A stretch of 57,782 nt of DNA from a virus. Lineage: Duplodnaviria; Caudoviricetes. The notes beneath the pieces were generated by a model, which searched no databases, had not been told where the DNA came from, and saw only the letters and a program-made list of their open reading frames with translations. The stretch covers positions 1-57,782 of IMG/VR virus record IMGVR_UViG_3300032116_000235; one strand, written 5' to 3'. Within the stretch, counting starts at the first letter, position 1; every line of letters starts with the position of its first letter. The translations under genes and the position numbers were made by a program. Positions 37,621 to 46,732 of the stretch are shown piece after piece.

Positions 37621-38321
37621 TGTTGACCAACAAAATCATAACCAAAAAATGCGTCCTTTGCGGATGCGATTTCGATACCGAGCAAATTACATTCTTGGAT
37701 CGGGTAATATCATTCCAGACGCATTGCGATCCCTGCATCACGATTGCCACGGAAAAACGGGATATTGAGGAACAGCGGCAAAAGCTGGAGCAACGGGAAG
37801 CTGAATTTTGGGCGATGGTTCCCAAAATATATCAGACCACCGACGAGAACCAAATCGCCACGCAACTGAAAAAGGCTATTAAGGAATGGAAATATGGCCC
37901 AATCGGCCTCGGATTCAAAGGCCCAAGCGGTTCCCAAAAGACAAGAGCATCCGTATTGCTGTTGCATTCTCTCCACAAGGGCGGCAGAAGCGTTTTCTAC
38001 CTAAAGGCGACCAACCTCACCAAAAATGCACTTGAAGCGTTCTCAGACGATAAGGGAACGAAAAAACAGGCATTGGAAGCTATACGCCAAGCCACCGAGT
38101 GTCATGTTTTGCTGTTAGACGACATCGGCAAGGGCAGATTGTCGCCAAGTGCCGAGGAATCACTTTACGCTTTGCTCGACACGCGAACAGAAAATATGCT
38201 TCCTACGATTTGGACAACCAATGCCGACAGCTCACAACTGCACGATATGATGTCCGAAGACCGAGGCGATGCAATTATGCGCCGACTCGTTGAATTCTCG
38301 AAAATAATCACCATCCAATAA
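37620..38321 (+). CDS. DnaC/IstB-like AAA+ helicase loader
   Basis: N-terminal CxxC..CxxC, Walker A GPSGSQKT, Walker B LLLDDIG, TIWTTN. Confidence 0.85.
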   Translation: MLTNKIITKKCVLCGCDFDTEQITFLDRVISFQTHCDPCITIATEKRDIEEQRQKLEQREAEFWAMVPKIYQTTDENQIATQLKKAIKEWKYGPIGLGFKGPSGSQKTRASVLLLHSLHKGGRSVFYLKATNLTKNALEAFSDDKGTKKQALEAIRQATECHVLLLDDIGKGRLSPSAEESLYALLDTRTENMLPTIWTTNADSSQLHDMMSEDRGDAIMRRLVEFSKIITIQ

Positions 38322-38323
38322 AT

Positions 38324-38701
38324 ATGACCGCAATAGAAACCAACCAAAAAATACAATCATACAGCGAATTCGTTCAGAACCTGTGCAAGTCAGGAACCGA
38401 CATCTTGAACCAACTTAATTGCCATGAAGCGCATCTCGTTCACATGGCAATGGGAGTTTCTGGTGAAGCAGGAGAATTGCTAGACGCAATTAAAAAAGCT
38501 ACGATTTACCGGAAACCTTTAGACAAGGAAAATATCATCGAAGAGTGCGGAGACATTCTATTTTTCGTCCAAGGAATCTTGAATTATTACTGCCTCACTC
38601 TTGATGATGCGGTAGAACAAAACCGAGAAAAACTTTCTCAGCGGTATTCCGCTGGAAAATACAGCAACGAGCAAGCTCAACAACGCGCAGATAAACAATA
38701 A
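38324..38701 (+). CDS. mazG: MazG-like nucleotide pyrophosphohydrolase
   Basis: GVSGEAGELLDAIKK...EECGDILF...NREKLSQRY. Confidence 0.85.
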   Translation: MTAIETNQKIQSYSEFVQNLCKSGTDILNQLNCHEAHLVHMAMGVSGEAGELLDAIKKATIYRKPLDKENIIEECGDILFFVQGILNYYCLTLDDAVEQNREKLSQRYSAGKYSNEQAQQRADKQ

Positions 38702-38705
38702 ATAT

Positions 38706-38927
38706 ATGTATATCATTATAAAATTAAAGAAAACAAATGGCCACGATTGGTATATTGAAAATTACGATGCCCCAACAAGACTGCATCAAAATTATTTAGA
38801 TGCTAGAAACGAAGCAGAACGATTGGCGCAAAAACATCCGGGAATTTATTTCGGCATATTTGAATTCGACGGAGCGGCAATTTGCCCTATTCCTCCGGTT
38901 CAATATTTCGACAAAGGAGACTTATGA
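38706..38927 (+). CDS. Hypothetical protein
   Basis: PT..H....A..EAERLA..HPG motif. Confidence 0.6.
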   Translation: MYIIIKLKKTNGHDWYIENYDAPTRLHQNYLDARNEAERLAQKHPGIYFGIFEFDGAAICPIPPVQYFDKGDL

Positions 38928-39562
38928 AGGCAATGGTTGCTACCCCCTGCACAACTGGGAAAGTTTATGCAGAATATACATCATGCTTGGTTGATTCAAT
39001 CAAGCTATGTGCATTGAATAACATTGACCTTTGTCCGGTATTTCTTGGCAACGAATCAATTTTACAGATTGCTCGAAATGATCTGATCAATATCGCGTAT
39101 CAGGCAGGAGTTGACATGATCTGGATAGATTACGACATGACTTGGAATCCAGAATGGATTGTAGAGTTATTAACTAGCAAAGAAGATATTTTAGCAGGAA
39201 CTGCTAGGAAAAAAACAGACCTAGAGGAAACATACGCAGTTAAGTTGAATGATTTAACTTTGCACGATAATGGCTACATGAAGTGTCAAGGAATTGGCGC
39301 AGCATTTATGAAAATGAGCGGGAGGGCGGTTAGTTCTGTCTGCGAAGCAAGCGAGGTGTTCACGCATCACGGTAAGGAGTGCAGAGCAGTATTTGATTGC
39401 AAAATTATTGATGGAGATTTCTGGTCTGAAGACATCGTTCTTTGCGACAAACTGAAATCTCTTGGATTCGACATCTGGCTTGATCCTAAAATGACTTGCG
39501 GTCATATTGGAAATAAAAATTATATTGGTGATATAAAACAATTTATAGAAAAAATTAGATGA
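38924..39562 (+). CDS. GT-A fold glycosyltransferase
   Basis: VATP, IARN, WIDYD (DxD), SEDIVLC..GFDIWLDP..CGH. Confidence 0.75.
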   Translation: MKAMVATPCTTGKVYAEYTSCLVDSIKLCALNNIDLCPVFLGNESILQIARNDLINIAYQAGVDMIWIDYDMTWNPEWIVELLTSKEDILAGTARKKTDLEETYAVKLNDLTLHDNGYMKCQGIGAAFMKMSGRAVSSVCEASEVFTHHGKECRAVFDCKIIDGDFWSEDIVLCDKLKSLGFDIWLDPKMTCGHIGNKNYIGDIKQFIEKIR

Positions 39563-40671
39563 GATTTCATATTCTTGGATTACCGCACACAGTTACCAGC
39601 AAGGAATTCGTAGCGTGCGCCTACACGCAAAAAGTTCTGAAGTTTGGGAAAATGATGAAGAATCTCGGCCATGAGATCATTCATTACGGCCACGAAGATT
39701 CCGACCTAATTTGCGACGAGCGTGTGACAGTTCTCACAAACGAGGACTTCCGAATCAGCTATGGTTCGCACGATTGGAAGAAAACCTTCTTCAAGTTCGA
39801 TACTGGCGACCATGCGTATCAAACCTTCTACGCAAACGCGATTCGTGAAATTGAAAAACGCAAACAGCCAAATGATTTCATTCTTCCTTTTTGGGGATCA
39901 GGAGTCCGGCCAATCTGTGACGCTCATCCTGATTTGATTTGCGTTGAACCCGGAATCGGATATGCAGGAGGACATTGGGCAAGATGGAAAATCTTTGAAT
40001 CCTACGCCATCTATCACGCTTATTGCGGATTGCAGTCAGTCGGAACCTGCCGCCAAGACTGGTATGAAGTTGTCATTCCGAACTATTTCGACAAAGAGGA
40101 TTTTGAATACAAGGAAACTAAAGGCGACTACTACCTATATCTCGGCAGGGTATATAGCGGCAAAGGCTGTGAAATAGCTTTTCAAGCGGCGAAACTCGCA
40201 AATGTAAAACTGATCGTCGCCGGACAAATTGAAAACGGATACCATATTCCTGATCATGTAGAATATGTCGGATATGCAGATTCCGAGAAAAGAAAACAAC
40301 TGATGAGCAATGCAAAGGCATCGCTCATTCCTTCGCAGTATGTGGAGCCGTTCGGCGGTGTTCAGATTGAGAACTTGTTCTGCGGCACTCCAACAATAAC
40401 GACAGATTGGGGAAGTTTCGCGGAAAACAATCTTCACGGAATTACTGGTTATCGTTGCCGAACGATGGGTGATTTCGTTGAAGCGATTGACTGCATTGAA
40501 CACAATACGATCAAGCCAGAGAATTGCCGGACATGGGCTAAAAACTTCTCTTTAGATTCAGTCGGGAAACTCTACGAGAAATACTTTCAAGATGTTCTTG
40601 ATGTCTATACTGGCAAAGGTTGGTATTCCGACTGCAACAGCATATCGGCATTAAAAAAAGTTTTTCCTTAA
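39559..40671 (+). CDS. GT4 (GT-B) glycosyltransferase
   Basis: YLGRV..KG, PSQYVEPFGGVQIENLFCGTPTITTDWG. Confidence 0.85.
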   Translation: MRFHILGLPHTVTSKEFVACAYTQKVLKFGKMMKNLGHEIIHYGHEDSDLICDERVTVLTNEDFRISYGSHDWKKTFFKFDTGDHAYQTFYANAIREIEKRKQPNDFILPFWGSGVRPICDAHPDLICVEPGIGYAGGHWARWKIFESYAIYHAYCGLQSVGTCRQDWYEVVIPNYFDKEDFEYKETKGDYYLYLGRVYSGKGCEIAFQAAKLANVKLIVAGQIENGYHIPDHVEYVGYADSEKRKQLMSNAKASLIPSQYVEPFGGVQIENLFCGTPTITTDWGSFAENNLHGITGYRCRTMGDFVEAIDCIEHNTIKPENCRTWAKNFSLDSVGKLYEKYFQDVLDVYTGKGWYSDCNSISALKKVFP

Positions 40672-40738
40672 AGAATTTTGTTGTGAATAATAATAATTGG
40701 AGTGTAAAGATTCAGAATTGAATCAATATACTCTGTAA

Positions 40739-41020
40739 ATGAATAAATTCCCAAACTGCGAAGATTTTCTTATTAAAGAATTGCTTGCTGAAATGATCAA
40801 AGTTTCTTATTTCGATGCCATTGAGACTAAAAAATATAAAAGCAAATACAAGCAATCTATTATTGACGCTGATAGGCAATCGGCAGTTGATTGGTTTGCT
40901 GGCAAAAAAGAATCTCCTTTTCCTTTCGTAGATATTTGTTTGACTGTTGGAGTCGAACCAATGGTAATAATTGAATCAATAAATAAAAAACATGAAGCCA
41001 TATCCAAACTGGACTTGTGA
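40739..41020 (+). CDS. Hypothetical protein
   Basis: 93-aa ORF after an A/T-rich gap. Confidence 0.55.
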   Translation: MNKFPNCEDFLIKELLAEMIKVSYFDAIETKKYKSKYKQSIIDADRQSAVDWFAGKKESPFPFVDICLTVGVEPMVIIESINKKHEAISKLDL

Positions 41021-41168
41021 GTCCTGCGGCATAAAACACGGAACCAAACAACGCTCACTCTGCTGTTGGCATTACGGCAAATGTGATGTCTGCGGGAAAA
41101 ATGCCGAAGTCACCCAGCCTCGGGATTTCGGACATTTCAAAAATTGGTTTAAGAAAGATAAAAAATGA
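40992..41168 (+). CDS. Small zinc-ribbon protein (58 aa)
   Basis: WTCESCG...GKCDVCG..VTQPRDFGH; ATGA overlap with next gene. Confidence 0.55.
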   Translation: MKPYPNWTCESCGIKHGTKQRSLCCWHYGKCDVCGKNAEVTQPRDFGHFKNWFKKDKK

Positions 41169-41458
41169 TCGAACGACCAACGCCAGAAACTGACGACGTA
41201 GCGCAACTGTCCAGCCTGCTACAATATGAGACTGTGAATGCAAACTTCGCTCGCAAACTTGAACGCGAGCGAGACGAGGCGATGGAGCTATTAGCAAGCG
41301 AGAAAATCACCCGCAACCATATCATAAAGCGTTCCGTTGAGGTAGAGAAAGAGCGCGACGAGGCTTTGTTTTTGCTCAAAGCCGCGCAATCTGCGTTAGA
41401 CGCAATACACTTAGAGGTTGGTGGATGGATTAAAATAATGAAGGAGAATACCGATTAA
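41165..41458 (+). CDS. Coiled-coil protein with ERDEA repeats
   Basis: TPETD...FARKLERERDEA. Confidence 0.6.
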   Translation: MIERPTPETDDVAQLSSLLQYETVNANFARKLERERDEAMELLASEKITRNHIIKRSVEVEKERDEALFLLKAAQSALDAIHLEVGGWIKIMKENTD

Positions 41459-41459
41459 A

Positions 41460-41819
41460 ATGAGAGTTGATTACGATAAAAATCAGTTAGCGTATGCTTT
41501 GGCAAATGCTTTGAAAGAGCGAGACGAGGCGCGGGAGGCATTTGTTATTGCTACAGACCAAATGGTTTTAGCACAATGCAAATTGCGAGAATCAAACAAA
41601 GAGCGCGACGAGGCGCGAGAAGAATGCAAAATACTCGTAGAAAAACTTGATGGGATTAAGCGACTTTGCGACAAAGTGGAAGAAAAAGCAGATTGGTTTC
41701 GCGAGAAAGCAGGCCAACATTTAGATGAGCGTGATGAGGCGCGGAAAACTGCCGAGCGTTACAGGTTAGAAGCTAACGCAATGATGCTCCAGAGGGATGA
41801 AGCGATTTCAAAATTATGA
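41460..41819 (+). CDS. Coiled-coil protein with ERDEAR repeats
   Basis: Four ERDEAR/QRDEA units. Confidence 0.6.
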   Translation: MRVDYDKNQLAYALANALKERDEAREAFVIATDQMVLAQCKLRESNKERDEAREECKILVEKLDGIKRLCDKVEEKADWFREKAGQHLDERDEARKTAERYRLEANAMMLQRDEAISKL

Positions 41820-42067
41820 CACTACTCGAAAAGGCATCTAACTTCGCCAAGAGCGCAATCATTTTCGTTAAAGCCGGAATGCCATGCGCTGATGAAGCTG
41901 AAATTGCCAGACGCCTACGCATCTGCTCCGACTGCCCAAACTTCGATCCAGAAGGATACAAGAACATGGGGAAATGCGAGGTCTGCGGTTGCAATATGGA
42001 AATCAAAACCATCATGGCTACCGAAACCTGCCCACAAAACAGATGGGAAGAATCACAATATGACTGA
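41816..42067 (+). CDS. Small cysteine-rich metal-binding protein
   Basis: RLRICSDCP...CEVCGC..K....CP..W. Confidence 0.65.
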   Translation: MTLLEKASNFAKSAIIFVKAGMPCADEAEIARRLRICSDCPNFDPEGYKNMGKCEVCGCNMEIKTIMATETCPQNRWEESQYD

Positions 42068-42329
42068 CGCCCCGACCGATACCGAAATCGCTCTCACAGT
42101 CGCAGGAACAATCTGCGTGATGACGATCAAACAACTCCTCAACGATTACGAAAATCTTGCCGCTAAACACGGCATCATTCCTTCCCCCAATATGCAATCG
42201 GCAATCGAATCGACAATCTACAATATGACATCAATCTTCGCCGCAAATCCGAACCTCGGCGAAATCTTTGAAACCATGCTGAACGATGTCACCGAGCATT
42301 ACACCCACGCCAAAATTCAAGCGAACTAA
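42060..42329 (+). CDS. Hypothetical protein
   Basis: ATG at 42060 overlapping the previous gene end. Confidence 0.5.
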   Translation: MTDAPTDTEIALTVAGTICVMTIKQLLNDYENLAAKHGIIPSPNMQSAIESTIYNMTSIFAANPNLGEIFETMLNDVTEHYTHAKIQAN

Positions 42330-42384
42330 TAGCGAATACAGGGGATAGATAAGGGGATTTTCGGTGAACATGTCAAGAATATAA

Positions 42385-42413
42385 TTGACAACACCAAAAA
42401 ACCTAAATAACCT
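42385..42413 (+). promoter_or_regulatory. Sigma70-type promoter for packaging/late operon
   Basis: TTGACA-17 nt-TAACCT in a ~150-bp intergenic gap. Confidence 0.5.
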
Positions 42414-42482
42414 GTTGAAGCTACATTCATTGCTAATCAATACATAACAACAAGTTAAAAAATATCTGGTGAACAATCAATA

Positions 42483-42803
42483 GTGAACTTGAAAAGAAAA
42501 AAACCTCTACGCTCCAAAAGCGGTTCTTTGCAAAGGAAAACAAAACTCGCTCCGTTCGCGGAGAAATTGCGGAATCGCTTGATCGAATATGGCAAGATAC
42601 GCAAGGACTATTTGCTGAATAAAAGCTATACTTGCGAGGTCTGCGGAAACGCTGGAGACCAGATTCATCACAAAGCAAAACGAGGAAAGAATCTGTGCGC
42701 TGTTGAAACCTTTCTCTGCGTCTGCGCTCTCTGCCATCGGAAAATCCATGACAACCCGAAATGGGCGAGAGAAAATGGGTATCTCATCTACGAATTTAAG
42801 TAA
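42483..42803 (+). CDS. HNH endonuclease-like protein adjacent to terminase
   Basis: CEVC..QIHH..RG..VCALCHRKIH. Confidence 0.7.
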   Translation: MNLKRKKPLRSKSGSLQRKTKLAPFAEKLRNRLIEYGKIRKDYLLNKSYTCEVCGNAGDQIHHKAKRGKNLCAVETFLCVCALCHRKIHDNPKWARENGYLIYEFK

Positions 42804-43390
42804 TGCCACCTCTCAACAACAAACTGCATGAGAAGTTCGCTTGGCTTGTAGCCGAAGGCGATTCGCACACAGAGGCATACCGGAAGATCAATCCGCATGT
42901 TGCCTCGCCTCGCGTTCTTGCTCACAAGGTTTACCACAGGGCAGATGTCAAGAGCCGCATCGCTGAAATCCGTCAGGAGGTTGCCACTCGCTCAATTATC
43001 TCCATTTCTAGAAAACGAGAGATTCTCCGCCAGATGGTCGAAGGCACATTCCCAACAAAAGTTGTTCGCAACCCAAACGGAGGAATGGTTGCGGTATTTG
43101 ACCGCTTAGCCGCACTCAACATGGACGCGAAGATTGCAGGCGAATTTGCGCCAGAGCGTCATGAAATCGTTGCCAATGATCTACGCCTAACCTTCAAGAT
43201 TAAGGGAAGGAATACGAACGCTCCGGAGGATAGCGACATTATGGAAGCCGAGATCGTTGAAACCAAAACAGACGATATTCCGCAGATTGAAGATGCGCCA
43301 GAAGATGAATTCTTTGGAACAGAAGCCGACCTATCTAACTTTGAGAATGCGCCAGCCGATCCGGGCCAACCTCAACTCGACACGCTATGA
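42803..43390 (+). CDS. terS: Terminase small subunit
   Basis: LN..HEKFA..VA.G.S.TEAY HTH-like N-terminus; directly upstream of TerL. Confidence 0.7.
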   Translation: MPPLNNKLHEKFAWLVAEGDSHTEAYRKINPHVASPRVLAHKVYHRADVKSRIAEIRQEVATRSIISISRKREILRQMVEGTFPTKVVRNPNGGMVAVFDRLAALNMDAKIAGEFAPERHEIVANDLRLTFKIKGRNTNAPEDSDIMEAEIVETKTDDIPQIEDAPEDEFFGTEADLSNFENAPADPGQPQLDTL

Positions 43391-45261
43391 TCCGGCCAAC
43401 ATCCCGAACAGTCGAAGCGGCAATCAATATCGCAACCAAAGTTCGCAAGGCTGTTGAGTCCGACGAGAAGATGGGAATGCTCTATGCGGCTGAACTTATC
43501 CTTCAAGAAGGCACGAAGAATCCGCCAAAGGAAATCGAACTGAACGAGAACCTGTCTCGGCAAATCATTCTTCAATTCGTTCAGAGTCTGCTCGACAAAG
43601 ATCAGTTTGAAGCCAGCGCAACGATCCTGTGGGGTCCGGATGTCTATGATTGGCGTCCTCGTTCCAGCCGCGACACTTGGCGATGCCTGTTCGATCACGA
43701 TCTTGTTCTAGTTCAGGGAGCGGGTGCTATGGGCAAGACATTCGGAGCGGCGGCATGGTTCTATCTGGATTGGTTTCGCGATCCGTTCTACACCAACATA
43801 AAAGTTATTTCGCTAACCCGCGAACACGCCGAAAGGAACATCTTTGCAAGCATTAAGAACTTTCACCGCATGGCTCTCGTTAAACCGGAGTTTCACAGGG
43901 CTGATGAACTCGTTACGAGCATTCAGGCATCAACGGACGCCAAGCAAGGCATCCACCTCGTCGCAATCCCAAAAGGAGAAAGCGGCCACGGAACTCTGCG
44001 CGGATTCCACCCAACGCCACGCTTCACAGCGGCACACTCAAAATGGGGAAGGCTATCCCGAACCCATGTTATTCTTGACGAGGCCGAGGAGGTGCCTGCT
44101 GGAGTATGGGAAGGCGTCAACAACATTATTTCAACTTCGGATGTTAATGAATGCCGTGGCCGAATCAAAATCTTCGGTGCCAGTAACCCAAAAGACAGAA
44201 CGAGCGACTTCGGCCAGCGTTGCGAACCAGTCAACGGATGGGGATCAATCGACTGCGAAGAGGATTTCGAGTGGGAATCCAAAGAAGGCTACCATGTCCT
44301 GCGACTCGACGCCGCACGATGCGAGAATGTCGTAGAGCAAAAGATCGTTTACGCCGGACTACAAACCTATCAGGGCTATATTGGCTATATGTCCCGTGGT
44401 CGCACGGCAGAGGCGATGACGATGGCCAGAGGATGGTTCCCCGAGGAAGGTCAGGCGATGATGATTATTACGCCTGCAATGATGAACAACGCAATGGGGA
44501 ATCTGCGGTTCATTGGCCCAGTTGTTCCTCTGGCTGGTTTTGACTTGGCTCTTGAAGGTAACGATCAGGTTATTTGCTCCTACGGACGCTTCGGGCTGTC
44601 TGACGGCTGGACGGATCAGGCCAATCAGTTCCACGCATTCAAATCACCAAGGACTGCACTTCAACTCGACTCGCAGATTCCATTCCCAAAGAAAGCAACG
44701 CTGGAACAAACCAACGCAATTATCAAATTCTGCAAGGCAATGAAGATTAAGCCGAACTGGCTGGCGGTTGACAGAACAGGCAACGGATCAGGCATTCACG
44801 ATTCGCTTTGCACTCTGTATGGGCCAGAAGTCTTGGGAATCAACTATTCTTGGGCGGCATCTGAAACGCGAATTCTTGGTGAAGACAGCAAACAAGCCAA
44901 CGAGCTATACAGCGGAGTTGTGACTGAACTGCTGTTTGGCTTATCAAAATACTTGGAATTTGAATATCTCAAGATCAGTCCGGGATTCCGTAACGAACAA
45001 CTCGTCCGCCAAGCCACAGGACGGAGATACAAACAAGTCGGGCAGGGAATGGTTCGCGTTGAAAGCAAAGGAGACTACTGCAAAAGAACTCGCCTTCACA
45101 GTCCAGATTCTCTTGACTCGTTATCAATCCTTGTTTACCTAATGCGCCAACGCTCCGGAGAAGTCGCCACGATGACCGAAGAAGGCAAGCGTGAGGAGCC
45201 GCAAGAAAGAACCCGCGAAAGCGTTGTTGACACAATGCAATTTGTGGATTTTTCTGACTAA
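43387..45261 (+). CDS. terL: Terminase large subunit
   Basis: GAGAMGKT (Walker A), VILDEAEE (Walker B), ASNP, GFDLALEGND, VDRTGNG, SPDSLDS. Confidence 0.85.
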   Translation: MIRPTSRTVEAAINIATKVRKAVESDEKMGMLYAAELILQEGTKNPPKEIELNENLSRQIILQFVQSLLDKDQFEASATILWGPDVYDWRPRSSRDTWRCLFDHDLVLVQGAGAMGKTFGAAAWFYLDWFRDPFYTNIKVISLTREHAERNIFASIKNFHRMALVKPEFHRADELVTSIQASTDAKQGIHLVAIPKGESGHGTLRGFHPTPRFTAAHSKWGRLSRTHVILDEAEEVPAGVWEGVNNIISTSDVNECRGRIKIFGASNPKDRTSDFGQRCEPVNGWGSIDCEEDFEWESKEGYHVLRLDAARCENVVEQKIVYAGLQTYQGYIGYMSRGRTAEAMTMARGWFPEEGQAMMIITPAMMNNAMGNLRFIGPVVPLAGFDLALEGNDQVICSYGRFGLSDGWTDQANQFHAFKSPRTALQLDSQIPFPKKATLEQTNAIIKFCKAMKIKPNWLAVDRTGNGSGIHDSLCTLYGPEVLGINYSWAASETRILGEDSKQANELYSGVVTELLFGLSKYLEFEYLKISPGFRNEQLVRQATGRRYKQVGQGMVRVESKGDYCKRTRLHSPDSLDSLSILVYLMRQRSGEVATMTEEGKREEPQERTRESVVDTMQFVDFSD

Positions 45262-45291
45262 ACAATAAATCAATTTCAGCGAATAAATCAC

Positions 45292-45990
45292 ATGAAAAAA
45301 CAACAGCCGTCCAAAATTGAGCAAATCGAACTCGAAAAGCTCATTCCTTACGCAAAAAACAGCCGAACCCACGACGATGCTCAAGTAGCACAAATCGCCG
45401 CAAGTATTCGTGAATTTGGCTTCAATAACCCTGTTCTCATCGGTCAGGATAACGACATCATTGCAGGCCATGGCCGAGTTCTTGCCGCTCGCAAACTTGA
45501 ACTCACAAGCGTTCCTTGTTTGAGACTGGGCCATCTGACCGAGAACCAGAAGAAAGCGTATGTCATCGCTGATAACCGTATCGCGCTCAACGCCGGATGG
45601 GACGAGCAAATGTTGGCGATTGAACTGGCTGAACTCCGCGAAGCTGATTTCAACCTCGACCTGACTGGTTTCGACGCCGAATCCATTGAGAAATTCCTTA
45701 ATCCTCCGGAACCTGAAATGGCCGAGGTTGATTTCAAAGGTAAAACGATGGCCGAATACAAAGACAAATACGATGAGTCGATTATTCGGCAAATCATCTT
45801 GGTTTATCCTGTCGATGAATTCAATGCTGTCATCGAAGCGATGGGCAAGTATGCCGATCAACACGGACTTTCAAACAACACCGAAGTTGTCAATCACCTT
45901 TTAGAAACCAACGGATATGCAATATCTCAACGCCAAACCGAAGAAGATCAACTTGAAGGAGTTTCGGGACAGGTCAGCGACGGAGAATGA
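45292..45990 (+). CDS. ParB/Srx N-terminal domain protein
   Basis: LIPYAKNSRTHDDAQVAQIAASIREFGFNNP..IIAGHGR..ADNR. Confidence 0.9.
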   Translation: MKKQQPSKIEQIELEKLIPYAKNSRTHDDAQVAQIAASIREFGFNNPVLIGQDNDIIAGHGRVLAARKLELTSVPCLRLGHLTENQKKAYVIADNRIALNAGWDEQMLAIELAELREADFNLDLTGFDAESIEKFLNPPEPEMAEVDFKGKTMAEYKDKYDESIIRQIILVYPVDEFNAVIEAMGKYADQHGLSNNTEVVNHLLETNGYAISQRQTEEDQLEGVSGQVSDGE

Positions 45991-46732
45991 TTTCTCTACG
46001 CTGATTGATACCGACACAACGATTCTTCACAACGGGGTTCCTATCTGCGTTTATATTGAGAAAGTTCCGGCTGAAACAAAACAGATGTTCGATTGCCTGA
46101 CTCGCATCAAATACGACACGACAACGCGAACATCTGGATTGGTGACATCCTCAAAGATATTCGGCTACGCTCCTCGTAATGCTATCCGCAACCTTCCGTG
46201 CCGAGCAACGGGTCTGGCTACCACCCAGCCATCCGAGAATGAAATCTTGAAGCGGTTCGCCGCGATTGCCGCAGACTTGTATTCCAAGACCAACAAAGAA
46301 CTGGCTGAAAAGCATTTCAAGCTGACCGAGGAGAAGGTTCTTAAGAACTATCAAATGGATGGCTCTATGTTCACTTCTGGCATCGTCAACCATAACAATC
46401 CGCTCAAGTATCACTTTGATTCTGGCAACTATGTTGGCGTCTGGTCAGCCATGTTCGCGTTCAAGCGGGATGTTGAAGGCGGCTACCTCGCATTCCCTGA
46501 ATTTGATATTGCGCTGAAAACCTCCAGTTGTTCGCTCTCAATGTTTGACGGGCAATCTATTCTGCACGGAGTTACGCCGATCAAGAAGCTAAAACCATCC
46601 TCTGTCCGCTATACAGTTGTTTACTATTCCCTCAAGAATATGTGGTCTTGCGAGACTCCGCAGGGCGAAGTTGAGCGTATGAGGAACAAGCGTCTTGAAA
46701 TTGAACTCTCGCGGGTAACGAAAAAGAAATGA
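45917..46732 (+). CDS. 2OG-Fe(II) dioxygenase, TET/JBP-like
   Basis: YHFDSGN (HxD), GGYLAFPE, LHGVTP, RYTVVYY. Confidence 0.8.
   Translation: MQYLNAKPKKINLKEFRDRSATENDFSTLIDTDTTILHNGVPICVYIEKVPAETKQMFDCLTRIKYDTTTRTSGLVTSSKIFGYAPRNAIRNLPCRATGLATTQPSENEILKRFAAIAADLYSKTNKELAEKHFKLTEEKVLKNYQMDGSMFTSGIVNHNNPLKYHFDSGNYVGVWSAMFAFKRDVEGGYLAFPEFDIALKTSSCSLSMFDGQSILHGVTPIKKLKPSSVRYTVVYYSLKNMWSCETPQGEVERMRNKRLEIELSRVTKKK

Noticed and set aside
41267-41804. Possible CRISPR-like array
   Set aside because: Repeats are ~15 nt, vary at third codon positions, are in frame and have unequal long spacers; no cas genes
45139-45864. 241-aa minus-strand ORF (and similar ones at 6328-7017, 29697-30278, 33660-34241, 51294-51935)
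   Set aside because: They overlap well-supported + strand genes and look like codon-bias shadows
45292-45990. Plasmid partition system
   Set aside because: No ParA, and only the N-terminal domain is recognisable; this type accompanies DNA-modification genes near terminase
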